A DNA stretch of 46,497 nucleotides from an uncultured Alphaproteobacteria bacterium (GCA_937928525.1 CALFWJ010000160.1:1-46497), one strand, 5' to 3'. Positions 1 through 6,510 are shown, counted from the stretch's first letter. Program-made: numbers and translations. Notes: generated by a model from the letters alone, not told the origin.

Positions 1-82
1 ATAAAAGTAAAAGGTAAGAAAGGGTGGCAAGGTGAATGTAATTAAATCAATGGCTTAGCTGAAAACACACGTTTTAAGGGGT

Positions 83-101
83 TTTATAGGCGTTTAACGC
101 C
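83..101 (-). promoter_or_regulatory. Palindrome GGCGT-TTA-ACGCC abutting TATAAA when read on the minus strand; fourth copy of the promoter-spacer palindrome family
   Basis: Minus-strand reading gives GGGCGTTAAACGCC-TATAAA, the same layout as ACGCC-TATATT at 4910-4919 and CGCC-TATATT at 10523-10532. No good -35 hexamer is present, so promoter status is uncertain. Confidence 0.3.
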
Positions 102-144
102 CTTTGGGCTTCACAAGGCCGCCCCGGTGTGGCAAGGTGAACGC

Positions 145-1491
145 ATGAGCAAAAAAAACACACCTGAGAAATTCCCCACTATTAACCCGAATCGCCTTAA
201 GCCATTTGAGCGGAACAGCCGCAACCATGGTGAGGCCAACCTTCGAAAAATTGAGGCCAGCATATTAGAGTTTGGCTTTACGCGGCCGGTGGTTATTGAT
301 GAGGCCGATATGATACTGGCAGGCCACGGCGCAGTGCTTGCCGCTAACAGGCTCAATATGGAGGCCATACCGTACCGCCGCATTGAGGGTTTGAGCGAGG
401 CACAAAAGCGTGCGTATGTTATTGCGGATAATAAAATTGCTGAAACAAGCCAATGGGATATGCCGGTGCTGGCAGCTGAGTTTGCAGAGCTTGAGCAAGA
501 GGGCTTTGATTTAGCCGTTACGGGTTTTGACCTCAAAGAGATTGAGGGCATTATGGATGATGGCCAGGGCGGCTACGGCGCGGCCGGCGATGCAACGGGC
601 AGCATGGCCAAAAAATACCTAGCCCCGCCATTTAGCATTTTGGACACCAAGCAAAAATACTGGCAAGACCGTAAAAAGGCATGGAATGAGCGCATAAATG
701 ATAATGGCGAATCGCGCGAGGGTGCTTTGAGCAAAGGCGAAAACCTTGTTGCCGGCATTAACCAGGGCGTAAGCATTTTGGATGCCGTGCTTGCAGAGGT
801 GCTTTGCCATTGGTTTGCGCAGCCTGGCCACAACGCTTTTGACCCGTTCGCTGGTGACTCTGTGTTTGGTTATGTGGCCTGCAGCTCAGGCCTCACGTTT
901 ACTGGTATTGAGCTGCGTAAAGAGCAGGCCGATTTAAACCAGGCGCGCTTAGACGCTGCAGAGCTGAGCGGTACGTATATTTGCGACACAAGCGAAAATA
1001 TGAGCAAGCACATTAAGCCGGCCAGCATGGATTTTGTTTTTAGCTGCCCACCTTATGCCGATTTGGAAGTTTACAGTGACGACCCAAAGGATTTAAGCAC
1101 CCTGGCGCACGATGAGTTTTTCCCAATATACGAGCGAATCCTGGGCAACACGTATAAGGTGCTCAAAAGCAACCGCTTTGCCGTTATTGTTACCAGTGAA
1201 GTGCGGGGTAAAAATGGCGAATATCTAGGCTTAGTGCCAGCCACCATTAACGCCATGGTGCAGGCCGGCTACAAATATTATAACGAGATCGTCCTGGTAA
1301 ACAGCATTGGCAGCCTGCCCCTGCGCGCAGGCAAGTTCATGCAGCAAAGCCGCAAGGTAGGCAGGCAGCACCAAAACGTGCTGGTGTTTTACAAGGGCGA
1401 CCTCAAGAAAATTAAAGCAAATTTTGGCGAAATAGAGCTGCCGGATATGGAAGCGTTAGCGGAGGATGAAGATGGACAGGCAGTGGAATAA
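145..1491 (+). CDS. ParB-like N-terminal domain fused to an N6-adenine/N4-cytosine DNA methyltransferase
   Basis: Lies in ORF 127..1491; ATG 145 follows AAGGTG. The N-terminal part has a ParB-nuclease-domain pattern (RNSRNH, ILAGHGAVLAA, IPY). The C-terminal half has AdoMet-binding DPFAGDS and catalytic FSCPPY motifs. Confidence 0.85.
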   Translation: MSKKNTPEKFPTINPNRLKPFERNSRNHGEANLRKIEASILEFGFTRPVVIDEADMILAGHGAVLAANRLNMEAIPYRRIEGLSEAQKRAYVIADNKIAETSQWDMPVLAAEFAELEQEGFDLAVTGFDLKEIEGIMDDGQGGYGAAGDATGSMAKKYLAPPFSILDTKQKYWQDRKKAWNERINDNGESREGALSKGENLVAGINQGVSILDAVLAEVLCHWFAQPGHNAFDPFAGDSVFGYVACSSGLTFTGIELRKEQADLNQARLDAAELSGTYICDTSENMSKHIKPASMDFVFSCPPYADLEVYSDDPKDLSTLAHDEFFPIYERILGNTYKVLKSNRFAVIVTSEVRGKNGEYLGLVPATINAMVQAGYKYYNEIVLVNSIGSLPLRAGKFMQQSRKVGRQHQNVLVFYKGDLKKIKANFGEIELPDMEALAEDEDGQAVE

Positions 1492-1666
1492 GCCGGCGCA
1501 AGGCGTTGGCGATGGCAAAATGTTAAAAACTGTTTGTAATTTTGATGCAGAAACACATGCTGAAATAAAGGCGTTGGCTGTTAGGGAAAAAACCAGCTTT
1601 GCAGCACAGGTGCGCATACTGGTTGAGTGGGGTTTAATGGAAGTGGCGGCGCAGGAAAATGATTAA
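1472..1666 (+). CDS. Small ribbon-helix-helix-like DNA-binding protein
   Basis: Lies in ORF 1466..1666; ATG 1472 is 6 nt after GGAGG. CNFDAETHAEIKALAVREKTSFAAQVRILVEWGL fits a strand-helix-helix (CopG/Arc-like) layout. The start could be 1466, 1472 or 1520. Confidence 0.5.
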   Translation: MDRQWNKPAQGVGDGKMLKTVCNFDAETHAEIKALAVREKTSFAAQVRILVEWGLMEVAAQEND

Positions 1667-1670
1667 AGCA

Positions 1671-1765
1671 GGCAACAAAATGCACAAACCGGGCAATAAT
1701 ATGCGAATCCGGGCAATTTTATGCACAAAAGGGGCAATTTAATGCAAACCAGGGGGCAAATAGCC
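1671..1765. repeat. Four full and one partial tandem ~21-bp direct repeats (iteron-like), consensus GGCAAT-WWW-ATGCACAAAcc
   Basis: GGCAA anchors lie at 1671, 1692, 1712, 1733 and 1755, spaced 21, 20, 21 and 22 bp. ATGC is invariant at repeat positions 10-13. The array spans the RHH stop to the AdoMetDC start. Confidence 0.7.
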
Positions 1766-2077
1766 ACGGCCGATATATGGCTTAAAGGCAAATACGACCA
1801 GCTGCGCATATTGGTGGCCATCGAGCGCATGCTGGAAAAGTACACGGTTGTTAACCAGGTGGCGCACCAATTTGCGCCGCACGGGCTTACAAAGGTTTGG
1901 GTGCTAGCCGAGTCGCACTGCGCGCTGCACACATACCCGGAGCACAATTTTATTGCCGTTGACCTGTACACCTGCAGCGGCAGTTACGACCCCCGGCAGT
2001 GCCTTATTGATATGGCCACAGGCCTAGGCTATGTAGACGCGCAATTTAGGCGCAACACACGCGGCCGTAAATTATAA
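1721..2077 (+). CDS. speH-like: SpeH/SpeD-class pyruvoyl S-adenosylmethionine decarboxylase proenzyme homologue
   Basis: HQFAPHGLTKVWVLAESHCALHTYPEHNFIAVDLYTCS matches the hallmark of small prokaryotic AdoMetDC. It has the Glu-Ser self-cleavage site (E64-S65, nt 1910-1915), the downstream His, and the TC(G/S) Cys. An alternative in-frame start is at 1742. Confidence 0.8.
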   Translation: MHKRGNLMQTRGQIATADIWLKGKYDQLRILVAIERMLEKYTVVNQVAHQFAPHGLTKVWVLAESHCALHTYPEHNFIAVDLYTCSGSYDPRQCLIDMATGLGYVDAQFRRNTRGRKL

Positions 2078-2078
2078 C

Positions 2079-2107
2079 TTGCAAGGGGTGTTAATAATGT
2101 GCACAAT
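2079..2107 (+). promoter_or_regulatory. Candidate sigma70-type promoter TTGCAA-17-CACAAT overlapping an AATGTGCACAAT palindromic motif
   Basis: TTGCAA at 2079-2084, a 17-nt spacer, CACAAT at 2102-2107. The TGTGCACA core is at 2098-2105. It lies in the 36-nt gap before ATG 2114. Confidence 0.35.
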
Positions 2108-2113
2108 TAGAGC

Positions 2114-2368
2114 ATGGAAACCAAAAGCGCACAGATACGCATTTTACTTGAGGCTGGCAAAGACCGTGAGGCACTACGCATTGCGGCTAAGTTCTTTGAC
2201 CGCAGCGATGAAACAGGGCTATACAAAAAAGCGCATGAGGGCTTGCTTAACCCAGGATTTTACAAACAGCTGGGTGTTGATGTAGACTTAACCTACAAGC
2301 AAGCAGTACAAAACTTACGTGAGCGTTTCCTTAATGACCAAAAAGACCACCAAAAAGCAGCCGGCTAA
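2114..2368 (+). CDS. Hypothetical protein (84 aa)
   Basis: ORF in the track with a plausible helical sequence. It is co-oriented and tightly packed; no recognisable motif. Confidence 0.55.
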   Translation: METKSAQIRILLEAGKDREALRIAAKFFDRSDETGLYKKAHEGLLNPGFYKQLGVDVDLTYKQAVQNLRERFLNDQKDHQKAAG

Positions 2369-2753
2369 GAAGGTTACAAAGCCAAGCCACCGCGCCACCA
2401 AAGAGCGGCGCGAAACGGTTGGTGCTATGAGTGCGTACGGAATCCCGCAAAAGGAAATTGCAAACTGCCTTGAGATTGACGTTAAAACGCTGCGCAAGCA
2501 TTACCGTGAGGAGCTGGACACAGCCCAGGCAAAAGCCAATGCAGCCGTTGCCGGCAAGCTGTACAAAAAGGCCATGGGTGGCTGCACCAGGAGCATGATT
2601 TTTTGGCTTAAGACGCGCGGCCGTTGGAGCACCAAGCTTGAGGTAGAAAACACCGGGCTTATAGGCAATGTGCCGCTGCCGCCGCCGGATAAAGAGTTTA
2701 AAGACCCTATTGAGGCTGCAAAATATTACAAGGAAATGGTCAAAGAACTTTAG
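2334..2753 (+). CDS. HTH protein resembling terminase small subunits / phage HTH regulators
   Basis: Lies in ORF 2319..2753 (GTG 2319 or ATG 2334). YGIPQKEIANCLEIDVKTLRKHY is an HTH. The C-terminal IFWLKTRGRW motif is common in small terminase-like proteins. It lies 8.5 kb from TerL, so its role is uncertain. Confidence 0.55.
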   Translation: MTKKTTKKQPAKKVTKPSHRATKERRETVGAMSAYGIPQKEIANCLEIDVKTLRKHYREELDTAQAKANAAVAGKLYKKAMGGCTRSMIFWLKTRGRWSTKLEVENTGLIGNVPLPPPDKEFKDPIEAAKYYKEMVKEL

Positions 2754-2825
2754 CCGTGCTATATTGTTTTTACGGGCAGCAAGCAGGCCAGCTTAAACCC
2801 GTTTTGGTTGCCAAAACTGTGTACA

Positions 2826-2857
2826 ACACCCAGGTGCAATGCCTGGGTGTTTTTTTT
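2826..2857 (+). terminator. Rho-independent terminator
   Basis: Perfect 9-bp stem ACACCCAGG/CCTGGGTGT with a 7-nt loop, followed by T7 (2851-2857). Confidence 0.85.
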
Positions 2858-2871
2858 GTGGTTCTCAACCA

Positions 2872-2900
2872 TGCTGGCGCGTGTTAAAGTGTTCTATAAT
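2872..2900 (+). promoter_or_regulatory. Candidate promoter with perfect TATAAT -10
   Basis: TATAAT at 2895-2900. The -35 region (TGCTGG) is weak. It lies between the terminator and the GAGGTG RBS of the 2926 gene. Confidence 0.35.
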
Positions 2901-2925
2901 GACACAACAAAATTGAGGTGAATCC

Positions 2926-3285
2926 ATGACACAAGCAAGAATGCCAACCGATGCAGCCGGCGTAGCAATACCCGCCCTGCAGCTTAAGCCAGGTGGCGCA
3001 CACCAGCTTGCTATTGGCGCAGCCAGCGTGCGCAATACCCAGGCGTTTGATTGTAAGGTTGCGAGCCTTTACGCCACAGAAGCCTGCTACGTAGCTTTTG
3101 GCGATGAAACAGTAACCGCCACAGCTCAAGACCATTATTTCCCCGCCGGCATTTACTACGATGTAAGCCTGGCCGGCTTTGGCGGTGCGCAAGCCTACGA
3201 TGATGCAAACGAGGAGCAATATACCCACATGGCGGTATTGCGCGTAACAAACGATGGAACGGTTTATATCAGTGAAAAGTGTTAG
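2926..3285 (+). CDS. Hypothetical protein (119 aa)
   Basis: ORF with a GAGGTG RBS 6 nt upstream. First gene after the terminator/promoter pair. Confidence 0.65.
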   Translation: MTQARMPTDAAGVAIPALQLKPGGAHQLAIGAASVRNTQAFDCKVASLYATEACYVAFGDETVTATAQDHYFPAGIYYDVSLAGFGGAQAYDDANEEQYTHMAVLRVTNDGTVYISEKC

Positions 3286-3649
3286 CCAGCCATTTTATGT
3301 TGTGCCGCCAGTGCCTACCCCGGAAATGATTCGCGCCGGTGCTGATGCCCTCACAATTATTGTTTGCGACACCACCACGGAAATGGTGACAGTTTGGCAG
3401 GCCATGCTTGCTGCCTGGGAAGCCTCACAACACGAAGATATGCCGCAGGACGAGCTGGGCGAGGATTACACAGTGCAGATACCACACACAGGTGTATTTG
3501 CTGTGCCATATGAGCCTACAGCTGAGCAGGTGGCCGCCGGTATAGACTGCTACCCGATAGAAGAGGCCAGCGCAAAAGACCTTACGCCAGAGAATCACCG
3601 CATGCGGCTTGTAAGCTCATACAAAACCATGATACTGGCAGGTGCTTAA
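3254..3649 (+). CDS. Hypothetical protein (about 108-131 aa)
   Basis: ORF in the track. The start is ambiguous (ATG 3254, GTG 3272 or ATG 3326); no clear RBS. Confidence 0.5.
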   Translation: MERFISVKSVSQPFYVVPPVPTPEMIRAGADALTIIVCDTTTEMVTVWQAMLAAWEASQHEDMPQDELGEDYTVQIPHTGVFAVPYEPTAEQVAAGIDCYPIEEASAKDLTPENHRMRLVSSYKTMILAGA

Positions 3650-3988
3650 GTGCCAGAGCCTTGGGAACAAAAATACGATTGTGCAGAGCATGCTTTTTTT
3701 TGCATGGTGGACAGGCAGCGCGCCCAGGCAGATGGAGCGCGCCCAAAACGAGGCAGCTTTGAGCGTGCCGGTGGCGGCCTTGATGTGCAAATAGCTATTG
3801 AAAAATTGCACCGCGCCGGCGTTATAGGCATGGATCACATAAGAGTTATCAAGCACTACGGCAAGCGCGGCCTGCGCCCAGACGAGCACCACCCAAAGGA
3901 AAAGCGCGCTGCTATGCTTTGGGATGAGGTTATGGAGCAATTAGGCGCGCAGCTGCACAAAAAAGGGCTTGTAGACAAGCAATATTGA
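3650..3988 (+). CDS. Hypothetical protein (112 aa)
   Basis: GTG start immediately after the upstream TAA (TAAGTG), which suggests coupling. No recognisable domain. Confidence 0.55.
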   Translation: MPEPWEQKYDCAEHAFFCMVDRQRAQADGARPKRGSFERAGGGLDVQIAIEKLHRAGVIGMDHIRVIKHYGKRGLRPDEHHPKEKRAAMLWDEVMEQLGAQLHKKGLVDKQY

Positions 3989-4013
3989 CACAGGCGTTGC
4001 ACACCTGCACAAT
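3985..4013 (+). promoter_or_regulatory. Candidate promoter TTGACA-17-CACAAT predicted to give a leaderless mRNA for the MarR-like gene
   Basis: Consensus TTGACA at 3985-3990, a 17-nt spacer, CACAAT at 4008-4013. ATG 4020 lies 7 nt after the -10 and has no Shine-Dalgarno. Confidence 0.45.
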
Positions 4014-4019
4014 GAGCGC

Positions 4020-4865
4020 ATGGAACACTTCCGCACCATATACACAGCATTTTGCTTAGAGCACTACCCGGACAAAACCATTACTGATTTTGAGCGTGAC
4101 GTTGCCACGCTTGCGCCGTTGGTTGCCAACGCAGCCGCCAACCGCACTACGCAGGACACGCTTATAGACACACAGCTGCTTGGCCAGGCCGAGGGCAGCA
4201 CCCAGCATAAAACCCAGAGCGAAAAGGCAGAGCAGGAAGCTGAGCCGACCGAATCACCAAAGGGGCAGGAGGCAGAGGAGAAACCAACGCCCACCCCGGC
4301 AGGCGGCTTTGACCCGCTAGAAGGGATTAAGAGTAAACCAATGGCCACACGCACTGGTAAAAGCTACGAAAAAACGAGCAAAAAAAGCGGCTGGCGCAAA
4401 GACAACGCCGCCGGCCTGGCCGCCTACCGGGCGCGTAACGCAACACCAAAAGAGAACACGGCCGAAACCGAGGCAGAGCTGGCAAGGGCAAAAAACACGC
4501 CAGCTATTGAGCTGCCGCCGGCCAATGAGGACGACAGGCGCAAGGGCAGGGATTTAACCGCCTTGCAGGCCGCAACCCTTACGCATATTTGCCAGGAAAA
4601 AGACCGCCGCCCCACAGAGGAGGTGCGCCACAGCCATATTGCTGAGATTATGGGCTGCGTAACCCAAAACGTAAGCGGTAGCGTAAATGGCCTGGTTAAA
4701 AAAGGCTTTGTTGAGGTGCAACCGAGCACCGAGGATAAGCGAGCGCGCAGCATTGTACCGCTGCGCCGGGCATGCGGTAAACGCTACGAGCCGCCGCAAA
4801 AAATTGATGGCATAACCCGCTGCGAACCCGCGCGCGCCATAGGTTATGGCATAGACTGCCATTAA
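4020..4865 (+). CDS. Protein with low-complexity N-terminal half and C-terminal MarR-type winged HTH
   Basis: LTALQAATLTHICQE...IAEIMGCVTQNVSGSVNGLVKKGFVEVQPSTEDKRARSIVPL matches the MarR/wHTH recognition helix plus wing. Confidence 0.7.
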   Translation: MEHFRTIYTAFCLEHYPDKTITDFERDVATLAPLVANAAANRTTQDTLIDTQLLGQAEGSTQHKTQSEKAEQEAEPTESPKGQEAEEKPTPTPAGGFDPLEGIKSKPMATRTGKSYEKTSKKSGWRKDNAAGLAAYRARNATPKENTAETEAELARAKNTPAIELPPANEDDRRKGRDLTALQAATLTHICQEKDRRPTEEVRHSHIAEIMGCVTQNVSGSVNGLVKKGFVEVQPSTEDKRARSIVPLRRACGKRYEPPQKIDGITRCEPARAIGYGIDCH

Positions 4866-4890
4866 ATATAAAAAAATATTGTGTTAATGC

Positions 4891-4919
4891 TTTACACGGA
4901 GGCGTAAAACGCCTATATT
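4891..4919 (+). promoter_or_regulatory. Promoter TTTACA-17-TATATT with AGGCGT-AAA-ACGCCT palindrome in the spacer
   Basis: -35 at 4891-4896, -10 at 4914-4919, palindrome at 4900-4914. An A/T-rich UP-like tract lies at 4865-4885. The promoter precedes the AAGGAG RBS of the 4973 gene. Confidence 0.6.
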
Positions 4920-4972
4920 GGTGATGTGGTTGCAGGGGTGCAGCCAATTAACCAGCTAAAGGAGTAAAGCAC

Positions 4973-5248
4973 ATGAACAACACAGAGCTTGAAATTATCC
5001 GTACATTAACAAACGGCGTAAGCCACTTAAGCGAGACTGGCCTGCCTGGCTATATGCTTTTTGGGCGCGCTATTGGTGTGGCTAAAAAAATGCAAAGCAC
5101 TTGCCAGATGAAGGTTTTTAGAAACCCAAAAAAAGAGGGCGTTATGCAGTGCGAATATTTAGTGCAAGGCCGCCACGCAGAACATTTTGCAAAATGTGGC
5201 TGGGTTGAGGTTTGGATTAATGAAAACAACGAATTTGTGGAGGCGTAA
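4973..5248 (+). CDS. Hypothetical protein (91 aa)
   Basis: ORF with a strong AAGGAG RBS; no known motif. Confidence 0.65.
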   Translation: MNNTELEIIRTLTNGVSHLSETGLPGYMLFGRAIGVAKKMQSTCQMKVFRNPKKEGVMQCEYLVQGRHAEHFAKCGWVEVWINENNEFVEA

Positions 5249-5251
5249 ATA

Positions 5252-5617
5252 ATGGCTAAATTACTCACCAAAGCCCTGCGCGCTAAAATGGAAGCAAACT
5301 GGCAGCTAAACCAGGGTGATATGGCCGCAGGCATTGAGCCTGGCAGCCATGACCTTGTGCCGGTGGCCAAGTTTTTTACCCCGGATGGTAACTGCACCTG
5401 GCTTATTACAGAGTTTGACCCGCAAACGGGCAATATGTTTGGCCTGTGCGATTTAGGCCATGGCAGCCCAGAGCTGGGCTACATAAATTATTTTGAGCTG
5501 CAAAAGCTGCGTGGCAAAATGGGCTTGCCCGTTGAGCGCGAGCGTTACAGCACAATAACTACGCCGTTAAGCAAGCTGGCAGAGCACGCCATGCAGCACG
5601 GCCGTATCATTTTATAG
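5252..5617 (+). CDS. DUF2958-family protein
   Basis: KFFTPDGNCTWLITEFDPQTGNMFGLCDLGHGSPELGYINYFELQKLRGKMGLPVERE fits the DUF2958 signature as I recall it. Confidence 0.7.
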   Translation: MAKLLTKALRAKMEANWQLNQGDMAAGIEPGSHDLVPVAKFFTPDGNCTWLITEFDPQTGNMFGLCDLGHGSPELGYINYFELQKLRGKMGLPVERERYSTITTPLSKLAEHAMQHGRIIL

Positions 5618-5627
5618 GAGCATAGCC

Positions 5628-5807
5628 ATGGATATTAAAAAAGGCCAACGTGTGACTGTGCCCAGCGGTATGGGCGGTGTTTGGGATTGCTATGTTGAGG
5701 ATGTTAGGCCATGTGGCAAAGTGCGCCTGCGCATAAGCAACCCGGCGCACCCAGATTGGCACGGCAAAATATTAATCAGAGACATGAGCGAGGTGAGCCA
5801 TGGATAA
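5628..5807 (+). CDS. Hypothetical small protein (59 aa, below the ORF-track cutoff)
   Basis: ATG 5628 lies 7 nt after AGGAG. It translates to MDIKKGQRVTVPSGMGGVWDCYVEDVRPCGKVRLRISNPAHPDWHGKILIRDMSEVSHG. Its end overlaps ATG 5800 of the next gene. Confidence 0.55.
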   Translation: MDIKKGQRVTVPSGMGGVWDCYVEDVRPCGKVRLRISNPAHPDWHGKILIRDMSEVSHG

Positions 5808-6174
5808 TAACGGAATCCAGGCAGATGAGTGCCGCGCTATGCCAGAGTGGCTTACGCACACCAACCAAAAAACTGTGGAGAACAGGCGCGGCGTGCGCCC
5901 GGCCAACAACCGGGATTTTATAATTACTGGCCACCCGCGCGGTGATGAGCTGCTTAAGTTTATAGCTACGCACCTGCATTACACGCACCGGTGCTTAACC
6001 ATGCGCGGCACGGGCAAAGCAAACGCCCGGACACTTAGCCTTGCCGTTATAAAGCTCATGCCGTGGCAATACAGCTTGGTGTACCAGCACGGCGATGGCA
6101 GCGATGCGTGGCAGGCCAACATAACCTGCGTTGGTGAGTGGATTAGCCAGGGCAAATATAGAGAGTTTTTGTAA
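5800..6174 (+). CDS. Hypothetical protein (124 aa)
   Basis: ORF in the track, coupled to the preceding small ORF and followed by a terminator-like hairpin. Confidence 0.55.
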   Translation: MDNNGIQADECRAMPEWLTHTNQKTVENRRGVRPANNRDFIITGHPRGDELLKFIATHLHYTHRCLTMRGTGKANARTLSLAVIKLMPWQYSLVYQHGDGSDAWQANITCVGEWISQGKYREFL

Positions 6175-6190
6175 TACCCTTAGCTGGGTA

Positions 6191-6232
6191 GGCGGCCGGC
6201 GCACCCCACACACACAGGCTGGCCGCCATTTT
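6191..6232 (+). terminator. Probable rho-independent terminator
   Basis: 10-bp stem GGCGGCCGGC/GCTGGCCGCC (one G.U pair), a 17-nt loop, then ATTTTA. Confidence 0.5.
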
Positions 6233-6291
6233 AACTGATTATTAACGTAACAATGGTATTAAAAATGCACACAAATTGGAAAGGTAAAGCA

Positions 6292-6510
6292 ATGACACCA
6301 GGGCAAAGAGAAACCAAAATTAAAGAGCTTATGATTGGCAAAGACCACCTTGAGCGTGGCCTGGCCATTTTAAACAAAGCTGGCTACACTGAGCACAGCG
6401 ATGTGTACAAGCGCGCAAAGTGCGCCATAGACTTGCTGCGCATGGATATTACCGGCCTGCAGACAGGCACGCTGCCATATGTTACAGTGGTGCGAGAGGA
6501 GGCCGCATAA
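6292..6510 (+). CDS. Hypothetical protein (72 aa)
   Basis: Lies in ORF 6253..6510. ATG 6292 is preceded by GGAAAGG. Predicted helical. Confidence 0.55.
   Translation: MTPGQRETKIKELMIGKDHLERGLAILNKAGYTEHSDVYKRAKCAIDLLRMDITGLQTGTLPYVTVVREEAA

Noticed and set aside
48-59. 12-bp CAATGGCTTAGC shared with 46420-46431 as evidence of a terminal repeat
   Set aside because: It is too short. Dozens of 12-mer coincidences are expected among all position pairs in 46.5 kb, and the flanks do not match. It is kept only as a minor note in the end-region finding.
1671-1765. Possible mini-CRISPR array
   Set aside because: The units are contiguous 20-22-bp imperfect repeats with no intervening unique spacers. 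The period is far shorter than a CRISPR repeat-spacer unit, and there are no cas genes.
5711-5923. Listed 70-aa ORF 5711-5923; also the N-terminal extensions of ORFs 6420, 6795, 10672, 36223-37290, 33765-34271 and 41499-41933
   Set aside because: Better-supported reading frames or internal starts with Shine-Dalgarno sequences and stop-start coupling explain these regions. The extensions are Arg/Cys-rich or overlap upstream genes extensively.
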